Part shown: positions 35,455-47,909 of the stretch, piece by piece
Position numbering within the stretch: the stretch's first letter is position 1
How the letters are laid out: each line of letters starts with the position of its first letter
Assembly: GCA_030141605.1 (NCBI GenBank)
Contig: JAQGDQ010000016.1
Coordinates: 1,118,282-1,182,281, forward strand
Origin: Tubiluchus corallicola
Taxonomy: Eukaryota; Animalia; Priapulida
Length of the DNA: 64,000 bases
Direction of reading: 5' to 3'
Position numbers and translations under genes: made by a program
The notes under the pieces: generated by a model
Seen by the model: the letters and a program-made list of their open reading frames with translations, nothing else
Told to the model about the DNA's origin: nothing
Database searches by the model: none

Positions 35455-37223
35455 CGTAATTGTTCACAGATAATTAACTTCGTTTTTCTGTAAATATTTT
35501 TTAACAAATTGATATTATCTTCTTCTGCTAATTAATCAACTTGATATCAGTTGTTTCTTTCACCTGATAAGAATCAACATGCAATTTATCACCTACTGAC
35601 ACCCAACTTACCTGGACCAGAAGGAGGAGTCAGATACCTTCTTAACCAATCACGTCCTGGCGGCATTGATTAGAACAAAGGCAACACCTATCAATAACAA
35701 AAATAGCTGACGCCGATTCCATAAAGGCACGCTTTCAACTCACAGGTACGGCAGGTAAGTTGTTTTTGTATTGTTCCAGCAAAGAGCATCCTTTCCCTTT
35801 TTGACCGTATGGGTCTTTTGTCGGAATCTCGGCACCTTTGATGTTTACTTTATTATATATACCTGTACTATATGCTCACCATATTTTTGTCTCTTACGTA
35901 AAAAAATGGCCGTGTGTCATAGTCAGCTTTTGATATGATCAGAGCCACTGTTTATTAAATTTCTTATTGTAGTAATTATGTAGGCCTAAATGTAGCTTTG
36001 GTGGATTTTGATTTTAACTCTTATATTATACGTGATTACGTGCCTCAGTTACCCATTGTTAGTGTAGTTAAATATGTGGGCATTCAACTTAACACAAAAT
36101 CTTGCAGAGTAAATTTGTTAAAGTTCAAATATTTGTTTTATAATCCAGGTATAGTCATTTGAATTCGATTATAAATCACTTACAAATTAATAAATTTTAA
36201 AAATTAAACTTGACTGAAAGGCAGAAAATGTGAAAAAGTCGAGATTGAGATTAGACTTATGCTTAAGCGTTACACCAGGCAATCCTTAGGAACGTAGCAG
36301 ATTTTAAATAATTATTAATGGCTCATAAGTTAATTATTAGTATTTAATCAATTACACATTGAATTAGTCTCTTAAAGTTCACGTGTTTAGTAGTTGCTAA
36401 ACTAATAGAATTAAACTAAGGCCTATCATGATCACAAGAAGCTTCATGATCTAGTGGACATAGCGTTCGATTTGTAATACAAAGGACCTCGGTTCAAATC
36501 CACGCTAAATTCTGACTAGTTCGCATTTTTCGGCCACGTGTTTTTATTTGTCAGAAACAGATTACAACTTTAATTTCTGTTGGAAGACCGCCCAGAGTCG
36601 CCATTGGGCTTGCTTAGAGCGATTTGTAAAAAAGTCTTTGTTTCAAAAACTCAGTAATTGCCATGTTGTTTTTCCTTGGGCATATCATTTTATCAATAAA
36701 AATTTGCAAGTATCGTTCTGTATTAAATACAATTACACTATCCACTTTCTGTAATTATATGAACTATCCCTGTAATAATACAAGTGAAACCGCGTGCTCA
36801 GAATGGCACTTGATGGCAGGTGAGGAATACAAATTCAAAGAACCTCTTATCATAAAACAAAAGCTTCCCACATCGATTAGGAAAACTTAGATACCTCACT
36901 TGCTTACTTTTTCTTTTCTCTTTCTCAATAAGAGTATACTGTTTACAGTGATCTCTACGGTGCGCATCAAAGAATTAGCGAATCTATCACGGTATTTTCT
37001 AAGCAATCACTTTCTAAGCAATGCACCCAAGTCTAAATATGGTTAAATTTCGCAAACCGTACAAAATTAATAATGCTGCTACAGGTAAAATGAAAAAGCC
37101 ATGTTTTTAATACGTAATTCATTTTTAATTACCTTGTGCACTGTGGGTGAACAATTTAAACTAAGACATAAGTTAGTTAGCTGCACTTATGATAAGAGCG
37201 TAAACATGCAGATGTAAATTGAA

Positions 37224-37354
37224 AACACACACACACACACACATACACACACACGCACGCGAGCACACGCACTCCCGCATACATGCACACACGGACGGAC
37301 GGACGCGCACGCGCACGCGCACGCACACGCACACACACACACGCACGCACACGC

Positions 37355-37430
<76 letters not shown>
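37224..37430. repeat. (CA)n/(CG)-mixed and (TA)n microsatellite
   Basis: Seen directly. Confidence 0.95.
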
Positions 37431-37431
<1 letters not shown>

Positions 37432-37546
37432 AACCTTTATTGTAGAAAATATACACTAGTACAGAGTGAAACAAATTACATCATATATAAAATTAGTGTA
37501 TAACCAGACAGTGACAGACTGATGAGTGCAATTGTGTCAGTCAGTT

Positions 37547-37658
37547 TAAGTTAAAAATCATAAGAATAAAAGCATTAAAATACTACATTACATATCTACA
37601 AATTTGTCTATATGTAATATAATATTTTAATGTTTTTATTCTTATGATTTTTAACTTA
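37547..37658. repeat. 112-bp hairpin within a repeat also present at ~41483-41653
   Basis: taagttaaaaatcataagaataaaagcattaaaata... / ...tattttaatgtttttattcttatgatttttaactta. Confidence 0.85.
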
Positions 37659-38908
37659 GTGAAGCGTTTTAAATAAACAAATAAATAAATAAATGACTTT
37701 TATGTTCCTGCTTTCTCATTCATGACTTTATCAAAACGTAGAAGTTCTTGCTGATTACAATACGCAGGTTTTCCTGTAATTGCTAAATTTTACCTGCATT
37801 GACAAACTTCAGCTAATTCAAGATGCACCTACAAGAGAAAAATACAAGCTAATCTGTCGCTTTGTAAATCAAGCAAAATAATAAATAAAATTTAATTGAA
37901 TAATGTTGTGTCTTTCATCTCTTCTTTACAGCAGAATAACTATTAAAGTCACACTGCAATATTATTTTATGAGTAAAGATTTAGGTGTTGTTCACAGATT
38001 GCTCAAGTCTTACCTCTCCTTTATAAAATTACTAAAAAAACTGTATAGCTAAATGCTTGTCTTATCAGTATATTAAGAATTATATTATTTAGTATTATTG
38101 TCAAAGTTAGTAGATTTGTTCTTAATCAATAAGCCTAGAAATAATGAAGTTGAACTCAAATCAAAATGTATTTAACTCCTGTTGTTGATTAATAGCATTA
38201 TTAACCCAATGTGTTTTTATCATTTCATAACAATTTTGACCTGTATTTCACATAAAATCTAAATGCAATTTTTAGTTTAATCAAGACTGACCTTATTTTG
38301 TTGCCCGCTAATTAAACTACATGTATATTCTTTTCTCTGGATTATATGGAAAATGTCATAATTTTAAAAATTACTAATGTTTCCTAAATTAAACTGATAA
38401 CATTAATGCCCACCAGTGTCTAAAAAATCTTTTTATCTATATTCGGTAAAGGATTGCAGTCTAGGTGACTTTATAGTCTTTTCGCTATCCTTTCTCTAGT
38501 TCTAGATCTATCTATACATTTTAACCATTTTTCAAAACTTATTAGAGATTCTTTTATTAATCATGTTTTACTGTAACACTATAAAGAGATAAAAAAGTTG
38601 AATTTGAATTGTGATATAGGACAGGTCTAATAGGAGCAGATGTCGTACAATGATATAATTTCAGCAAACATTCATAAGAAAATTAGCCGAATAAATAATA
38701 GTTTGAAACCATGCTACACCAGTCAGTAATATATAAAGGATATGAAGAATATGATCCATATGCCAATATTATAATCTGCATTTATGGCACCACTGAAGTG
38801 TCATGTTATGCAGTCGGGTCGTTGTTCTTTTGAATGAATGCCAGTTTATGGACATTTAAGCAATCGAGCTGCTGACAAACTAAAGGACAAATGTCAGCAG
38901 CTAGAACT

Positions 38909-39590
38909 ATGATAAGATAAGATAAGATAAGATGATATTTATTTTCATCGGTATGATATAAACAGTACATATTTGTAAAACATGAGCTTAAAGCTCGTAA
39001 ACCGATATCAAACATAATGTATATGAGCGATAACATGGTAATAATATGTACTTCTTAAAATCTTTTGGATGCCACCAGAGGTATTGGTACAAGAAAAATT
39101 TATAACTACATAAAAATTTTAGGCAGTAACATTTTCTAAAATTTACACAAAAAGCTATCCAGGTCAATAAAAAATTTTCCTGCCAACATTTCAGCATTTA
39201 ATTACGACTTAACAAAATTGGGAAGTTCGCTGAATTTACAAATGGCACATTTACATGATACACCAGTCCATGACTTAATTAGACGTTTAAATTCCCCAAG
39301 ATTTTCGGCCATTCGGAGACAGTTTGGTAATTCATTCCACAATGTGGCTCCATAATAGGAGAAACTTTTCTTGCCATATGTAACACCATCATATGTAGGG
39401 TGTTCTGCAGTGTTCATTTTTCTGAGGAAGTAGCGGTTTTGCTTTCGTTCCTCTCTATCAGTCCATAAAGATAGGACGGGCAGTTTTTGGACAAAATCTT
39501 GAATACTTCGATAGCAATGAGAAGTTGAAGAGACACAAAATTGTCTTTAAACAATAGATTTTCGTAGGTACTTTCAAAATCAGGTATGCT
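38909..39590 (-). mobile_element. LINE (CR1/L2-group) 3' fragment
   Basis: YGKKSFSYYGATLWNELP C-terminal motif; AATAAA then (ATCTT)n tail at ~38909-38943. Confidence 0.7.
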
Positions 39591-40603
39591 TTAGCTCCTT
39601 TCGACTGGCCTTCTTCCTTTAGCTTAGTTGATTAGCCCCGTCTTCATCTTTTTAGAAAACACATTTATCACAGTTTCACCACCAACATCAAATGCTATAC
39701 TCGAAAGCAGATCTAACTGGTAATAGCTATAGTTTTAGTTCCGCTTGATTGTGCCAAACCATATGATCAGAATCAGCGTGCTTCCTCAAACGATACTTTC
39801 CTTCCAGCGAATTTCTCAACTCCCGTGCGCCATCTGCCGGCAGAAGTCGAAAAAATTTCGCGCATGCTGCAGGTATATTGAAGCTGCCTTGCTTTGCGAA
39901 TTGCTGAAAATGAAGCTGTTTCCGTGGCAACGGCAAGGTGCGTGTTGGTGTGATCGCGTAGGGAATTACATTATTCCCGTTTTGGTTTGGTTATTGTTGT
40001 ATGATATATGACAAAAAATGCAATAATGCTGATGAGCTTTTGTCACTTTAGTGAATTAACGGCCAAAACATGAAATGCAACAATTTGCTTATAAAGGTAG
40101 GCATTGTTTTGTGTCTAAAAATTCTTTTTATTCTTAAAGTTTTATTCTTATTCTTTGTACATAGTCATGTCCTTGTAATTATTGTTATCATAAATTCGGT
40201 ATTAATTGTAATTACTACCAGGGTTTGTCTCGGTGTACTCGCGTTACAAAAGTACGTATCATTTAGCTCAAGAAATAAAATTTGATTGCCTTATATAACC
40301 ACTAGTACGCTTTACTATGTGTTTAAAGCATTTGGATTAAACATGAAAAGGTTAAAAGTTTGTTAGTTTCGCATTAATAAATGCGCAAATTCACATTAAC
40401 TACGAAGTAGGCTTATGAAAACCAAAAAAATACACTTGGATATGAATATGGGCTCTTTTTACAAGTCCAAGCATTTTGGCTCGACACAAAGTCTTAAATC
40501 CATGATACGGTATCACATATATTCGCTACTTTATGAACTATAGGCCTACAGTATCATTCACTTTCCGATTGGTTTCAGAGCTACATTTGTTTTAATTAAT
40601 CAT

Positions 40604-40986
40604 TAGGGGTGAGCATCGAACGTTCGAGTTCGAACTCGATTCGAATCCAAAACTGTAGATTCAAATAATTCAGCACTTCAATCACATATGTTCCTGATCA
40701 CTAAAACGATTGAAACAACATGCAATTAGCGTAATTTAGCAGTGATTTCTGTGCACAATTTTAAACAAATTACTAGTCGTTTTATTGCAGAACAAAATCT
40801 AGTGATACACATGATCTTTGTAAGACTAATTTTTACTGGTGGTTCGAAAACTTGTTCGAAAATCATTCAATCTCAATTCGACTTCAGTTCGAATTTGAAA
40901 CACTGAAGTTCGGTTAGATTCGAATTCGAAAGTCAGAAATTCGGTTCGATTCGAATTCGCTTTCTGGTAGAGAATGCTCACCCCTA
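40604..40986. mobile_element. hAT-type MITE
   Basis: TIRs taggggtgagcat / atgctcaccccta; 8-bp TSD ttaatcat / ttaatcac; many subterminal ttcgaa motifs. Confidence 0.85.
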
Positions 40987-41899
40987 TTAATCACAAGCTG
41001 CTGCCTGCGCGTAGTGATTTAAGATGTTACACTCGTGACCAAAAGGTCGCCAGTTCAAATCCAAATTCAGTCAGGACTTTTATATTTCTTTCCTTCAGTT
41101 AAGTTTGTTCCAAAATTTTAACAACCTTACCTTTGCTGCATAAGTTTTGATAATCTTTAAACTGTGATCGTAGACAGTAAAAAATTGTTTATTTACTAAA
41201 TAAACATCAACACAAAACTAACAGCTGAACAGCTTACGTACTTAGTGAACTTTTTAAGAAAATCAACATTTTCATTATCAGTCATTTGCAGGTTACCAAT
41301 TAATGCGATTATCTGAGGATATAAAAATGTTATAAAATTTGTTACATGATGGATTATTTATCATACAGAAGATGTTTTTGAAGTTCCAAAAAAAATTCAA
41401 AACTGTATATGTTAAACATATTAGAAACATCAGAATTGATATAAAGTAAGAATGATGAATTTCATTTATCTTTTTCATTTATATATACACTGGTACAGAG
41501 TAAAGCATTTTACATCATACATAAAATCAGTGTACAACCAGTCAGTGACAGACTGATGTACACTATGTACAGTTGTGTCAGTCAGTCTAAGTTAAAAATC
41601 ATAAGAATAAAAACATTAAAATACAACATTACATAACTACAAATTTATCTACATGACGACATGATAGTGACTTATGAAATATGGTAAATTTTAATATTTT
41701 TTGATACTTTTTGCTACTTTTTGCCATGCAAGTTTCCGTATGAGTCGCATATTTTTATAGTATAGACACTTATATTATGATGAATTTGTGAGTCTAGAGC
41801 GTTATGCGTTTTTGATATTCTCAATTATTGATGAATTCTACTTTATCGCTTTTATGTAAGGGTCTTTTGTGAGTTAGCAGTTTGTTTTTAGTTCTGTTT

Positions 41900-42480
41900 T
41901 AAACGTTGTTAATCCGTCTTTTGATTTTCTACTTAAGAGTGCTGAATTCCATAAGTTGATTTTTGTTTTGCTTATCGAATTGTGTCCATATTTTTTGTAA
42001 GTAACTGTTTTAGATTATAGGTGCGTTCGTTTTTATGTTTATCGGGGTAAATAATAAACCATTTTCTTTGAAAACTGGAATTATATCATTTATATATTTA
42101 AATAGAAATATTAAGGAATGGTAATAAATGTTTGATTCTATATTGGGTATTCTTAATTTTTTTCTATTAGTGGCTGAGTACATATGGTGTTAATTTATTT
42201 TCTTAGAAAAGTGGCCTAGTACATGTTTGAGCGCATAATTTTGAGTTGTATCTAGTCTACCTGTTTGGGTTTAGAAATGTTTTCAAGTAGATGGCAGCCA
42301 TAAGTTAAATGAGGCATTATTAATCTTTTGTATATTAGTAGTTTGATTTCAATAGTAACTTTGGTATCAATAATAAGCTGTTTAAATATTAAACGTTCCC
42401 CAGCTTCCTCAATTCCAGAGCTCTCTGTTCTATTTTTGTTTAAATTTAATTTTGCTTTCAATGCGATCTTGACTTAAAGA
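41900..42480 (-). mobile_element. Degraded LINE RT C-terminal fragment
   Basis: KLLIYKRLIMPHLTYG motif; boundaries approximate. Confidence 0.5.
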
Positions 42481-43528
42481 AGCTGGTGTCCAAAAATAAC
42501 AATGAAAATTATTACACATAGTTTTTGTCAATTTTTTTTGTCATAAAGATGTAATATATTTTGTTTCAATGTATGCAATATTAATTGATTGCACTACAGC
42601 CCAACAATGATAATGGTTATTACTGTGTGAGTAAAACTAGTAATTTTCTCTTAATAATTTGCTGTCCAAAAATTTAGATATATAAAAATTTAGCTGAAAG
42701 GAAGATGACAGTTATAAGGCAACGACATTTTATATAACTGCTCGTGGACCAAGTGTGTTACATACCAGGTAATCAAATTTAAAAACAAATAAAACTAATA
42801 AACCATTAAATGGTCATAACCGTGGTAAAATCAGTGCAAAGGTACAACCCCGGATGATAAATGGACAATTTGTCAAAAACGAACATTTAATGACGTTTTC
42901 AGTAAGTAGGTAAACGCAAAGAAAAGCAGCAGCTAATATATTTTATTCTATACAATTTTATGCTGTGTATAGTTTTTAGGCCACGCCTATGTAGGGTATA
43001 ATTATATTGCAGTTCGGTTAATTACAAGTTTAGCAAGTTACATGCTGTACTTCTACTTGCAGTATTATTTATGATAATTGTCCATAATAACAAATGTATT
43101 GCAAATGACAGCATAATGCTGCTTACCATCAACAAAGCTACAACGCTGGAATTATGAATCTGTTGTGTAACAGCTATGCAATACACACTGCCAAAGACAA
43201 ACACTTGCTGGTTACAGGTTATAATAATAAATAAAGAATAACCCATTCTTCAAGTTTCACTCGTTTTTCACTGTCATTTTCTGTTAATCTACCCAGCAAT
43301 AACCCTAAATTACATGAGTCAGAGACACGTAGGGGTTTTTGCTTTTCTAGGCCAACGAATGCAGATCATTTTACCTAGATTATGACTGAGTAACACATTG
43401 TAGCCAATCTAGGTACTATTTAGTAATATTGTGCAATTTTTAAATGTTAGTTTGGACTTTAGAATACCCGTATGAATTAAGACAGCTAAATTAAGTAGCG
43501 CTGTAAATAAACTTGCAAGAAAAATATA

Positions 43529-43602
43529 TGGCCAGTACGGGGGTCGAACCCGCGACCTTAGCGTTATTAGCACCACGCTCTAACCGACTGAGCTAACCGG
43601 CC
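43529..43602 (-). tRNA. tRNA-Ile (anticodon AAU)
   Basis: GGCCGGTTAGCTCAGTCGGTTAGAGCGTGGTGCT-AAT-AACGCTAAGGTCGCGGGTTCGACCCCCGTACTGGCCA; intact cloverleaf, A/B boxes, downstream T5 terminator. Confidence 0.95.
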
Positions 43603-44482
43603 AAGTATACTAACAGGAAAGCAATAAAACTTGCTGAAACATCGCTTACTAACAGATAGCAGTGCACATGCGCTTTCGCAATATGTACTATGCGCAGAAT
43701 CATTGTACAGAATTTATATCGCTCCCCGCGACCTACGTCGCTGGTTGTTCAGCTATTTACTAAAAATTGTTCTTGCATAGTGGCTGCAGTAATCGCTAGC
43801 CACTGGCAAATGTTACATTTACTGTGTTAATTATTAAGCTAATAATTTATTGTAGCTAACTACGTAGTGTGTTCAAATATTATCATATAAGAAGTTTTAA
43901 CTTTCTTAAAAGAATTATTAATAATTTTTATACGATTCGGCACACTTGTTCAAAGCCAAAATTCAGCATTTAGTCTAAGTTAGGTATAAGTGCTTTCAGT
44001 GCACTGTTCCTGCGACATAGGCCTATTAATTGTATTTATAGGCCTAATTATATTACTAAATCGAATAACAGTCAATAACAGTTCTGTGTATAACAATATA
44101 GGTACTACCTGGTACATACAAAAGAAACAAAACTGAATTAAACGTTTATGAGAAAATAATTACCAAATGTCACGTCACTAGTTTAAACAGACAGAAGCAC
44201 AAGTAAATAAAAAAGAAATCTGTAAAAAAAAATAACAAAAAACTTTGTTAAAGGCTAGTAATGAAAATTAATAAACCTATGCAAAAACCGTGATAAATGA
44301 AAGAGGAAAACAGGGAAGGCAAAACGAAAAAACGGCACCTATGAAGTGGTACTTTTTTCTGTCGTATTTATTCGAGATAATTACACTGATATAGGAACAA
44401 ATTTTCAAGTTTCACTCACAATTATCAACATAACTTATCTTGCCTATTTTAAATTTTTCTAGTGCTGATGACACCATGACGG

Positions 44483-44778
44483 CATAGGCGAACGGGCCGA
44501 TTTTTTCAGGAGGGAGGGTAAGCCACTTTTGCCGGAAAAATTCAGGGTCACCTCCGCGTCGGGAATTGCCTCACCACACCCCATGATAAAAAAATGTCCG
44601 AATTTCGGGCACTTCATTTGGCAGCATGGAGAAATTGCGAGATTTCCTTTTATGAAAAATATTATTTTATAGTAATTTCGGTGCCCGAAAAAAATGTGTT
44701 TGCCCGAATCCGGGCGGGGGAGGCTGCAGACAAACAGCCACCCCCCACCCCCAACCCTTGCTCGTGCACGTCGGCTGT
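44483..44778. mobile_element. Probable MITE with G-rich/C-rich ends and gcccgaa subrepeats
   Basis: cataggcgaacgggcc ... gctcgtgcacgtcggctg; the TIR match is imperfect. Confidence 0.35.
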
Positions 44779-45597
44779 ATTGTTTAAGAATTTTGTGTTA
44801 AGCCAATGATACACGGCCGCCACAAGACAAACCGGCAGACGTCGGCCGTGATAAAATGACCGCCCAAATTAGACTACATTAATTTCAAATCAAAGATGAA
44901 ACGCGGAGTTTATGGAAGTGGCCGTGAAGACAGCAGCCGTTCTAAAACAGAAATGAGTTCTATTTTGTACAGTATGCACCAGCCGGCCAAGGGTTTTATC
45001 CAATCAGGGATCAGTATTCCAGCATTGGTTTTTGCTTTTCCCGCGACGTATTGTAACACGGTATGCATGAATGCTGTACGTATAATAGATAGATGGTTTA
45101 TGTTAAGTGAATTTAACTTAAGCCTGAAGAATACTTGCATCATGCATTTAACAGAAGCCATGTAACCATTTAAACTTGATTTAATAAGTTCACTATTTTA
45201 CTTGACAAAAATTCCGCAGTTTTTAGCGTAACCTTATGCAACGGTTCAATACTATGCAAGATGTATTTCCGTTTTTCCCACTTAAATTGTAATGTGATGG
45301 TCGATATCAGAAAACTTCAGAATTTTTCAAAAACCAAACCGAATCGCGGATGTATGGCTGAATTTCAGTAGACTCCGGGCCAAATCAGGAGGATGGCAAC
45401 CCTAGCAGTGATACAAAAATTGAACTTAAAAAACAAGATAACCCACTAAACAATTGATTATAGATCTAAATTTCAACGTTAAAACACTACCCATGAGTAC
45501 TTAAAACTAAACAGTGACGAAATGTTTGGCTGTACGGTCGTCATTAATGCTGCGCTCCCTTCTACACGGACGGCTGCGTATCAGATCTTTCGTTAGT

Positions 45598-47247
45598 TTG
45601 ATTGAATGATTGAATATCTTTATTGACATAAACATATGATAATAACGATGTAATAATTCATGTGTTAATTAATACTGTAAAATGTTATTAAAGCTGTTTC
45701 CAGCCCACTTGGGCTTACAAGTCAATTTCATGAAAATTTATCACATAATAACTGTGCAGTTCATTTACATAGAATATCAAATAAAAGAATATATATAATA
45801 TGGAATTTTAACATATACCTGAATGGACAAGTCATGTATTAAATATATATCTTGCTTTGCCTCATTCTAAAAATCTTATAAGCATATTTTGCAGTCCTAA
45901 GGACATTCTCTTCTGACATAATATATTTCCATTTATTTACATTATCTAATTGTTCCGGGTCCATGTTAATATCTTGGAAAAATTCTTCTCTCTCTAGTCT
46001 ATAATGTGTACAAACAAACATAAAGTGAGATTCATCTTCTACATCTCCACAGCAACATATCTTACACAAACGTTCACCAACCTTAACATTTCTAAACCTA
46101 CCATGCTCCAGTTCCAGGGGAAGAGTACCACTTCTTAGCTTTGCAAGCACAGACCTGTATTTTCCTTGCATATTAATATAAACATATGGTTCTACTCCAA
46201 AGCTGTTCTTATACAATATATATGTTCTAAGTTTAGGGTAATCTGCATTTTTTGCTTTCCAATCAACACATTGTTTCTCATACAGCTGTGCCCATGCTCT
46301 GCTAAGAGGTACAGTATCCATATTAACAAAAGCTTGCTGGAACCCTGCTTCCTCTAGGACTTTAGAAATTTCATATGACCAACCAACGTTGGTATTACAG
46401 TCCCAAAGAAATATTCTCTTAACAAGTCTAGAATTATCAAGTGTTAAAAGACGATTCCAATACCTTATCATAGATGACTTTCTTCTAACTGAAGATGGTG
46501 ACCATCCCATATCACCCTGTATACATTGATTAGCAGCAAAATTATGAACACCAAGAAATATTCTTAATGCCTTATTCTGGACAGTATCAATTTTAGGGTA
46601 CTTGTTATATCCCCATACTTCTGAACCATAATCAAGTATAGGACATACACCTGCATTGAATAACTTAGTAAAAGAATAATAACCCAGCCCATTTAACTTT
46701 TTATATTTACCAATCAAGGCATCCAGTGCTCTACTGCCTGAGTCTGCCAGTACTAGTGCTGTAACCTTATAATCTAAATGTTCATTAAGATAAATCCCCA
46801 GATACTTATACCTATCTACAGTGCTCAAAATCTGATCACTAAGTTTAAATAGTACATCAGTTTGATTCACTTGGGGTTTTCTGAAATGGACAACATTTGA
46901 CTTTTTACTGTTAAATTTGATTCTCCATTTCTTTCCCCACTCAGTGATCTTATCTAACATTTTCTGAAGATCTTCTTCAGATTCTGCTAAAATTACAACG
47001 TCATCAGCATACATTAAAATACAAATCTTATCATTACCAACAGGAATACCAATATTTAGGGACTTTACATCATCTGCCATATCATTTATATACCAGCTGA
47101 ACAGGGTTGGTGACAAAGTGTCTCCCTGCCTGACACCATATTCACATTTAAATTTATCAGTGAGGATACCATTTAGATTCACAGCACTATAGGTATCTGA
47201 AAGAATATTCTTAATGCTGCTATACATTTTGCCATCCACTATTACAT
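45598..47247 (-). mobile_element. 5'-truncated LINE (CR1/L2-group) with open 466-aa RT/C-terminal ORF
   Basis: ORF 47239-45839: GVRQGDTLSPTLF, YADD, YKYLG, C-terminal CxxC..EDExH..C; AATAAA plus tcaa-repeat tail; possible TSD gttagt (45592-45597, 47248-47253). Confidence 0.9.
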
Positions 47248-47909
47248 GTTAGTAATAAAATAATTTGTTCGTAATTTGTCTGTATTAAAGGAATAGCTGG
47301 TATTCAACATAGGGCAGATCCAGACTGCTACTTGTTGCAGAGCCAGAATTCAGACCACACCTGTTTGTCAAGGATAAACCTGTGAGACGAGATAGTGAAA
47401 AAATACAGGTAAGTAATTCTACCTCTGCCTGCATAATCAGATGCACACCGTGGATGTCTCTACGACTTAACCAGACTAGGTCCCTCAACGACTTAGCGAG
47501 AGAAATAACCTGCGAATGGCGCATCATTTTACTAAATAGGTCGAGTTCTATGACTGCTTAACCATGGCTTCGCATTATCTACGAAGCTCCATTTAACCAT
47601 TATTATTGCCCTAAACATAGTCTGTTAATTTATTCATTATGATTCATAGAATCGGTTAGTAGATTATATTGATATTAAAGCATGTTTTTTGGTATCTGTG
47701 AGAAATTCACGAATCCCACTTCAAACTTTTCAAGCTAATGAACATAAATAAATCAAAGTTCTTGTAACGCGTTTTCATCATTGATGGTTGCACAAATCAT
47801 GTTGATGTCAGATAGCAACACTTAACAAGTATGTCAGATAACTTAATTAATAAACATTTTCATTGTGGTAGTTCTGTAGATTGCTGATGCCGATAGCTTA
47901 GCCTTCAAG

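Noticed and set aside
36440-36515. Additional tRNA genes here and at ~41005, ~49570, ~62275, ~62470
   Set aside because: A/B-box remnants without paired acceptor or anticodon stems; treated as SINE heads.
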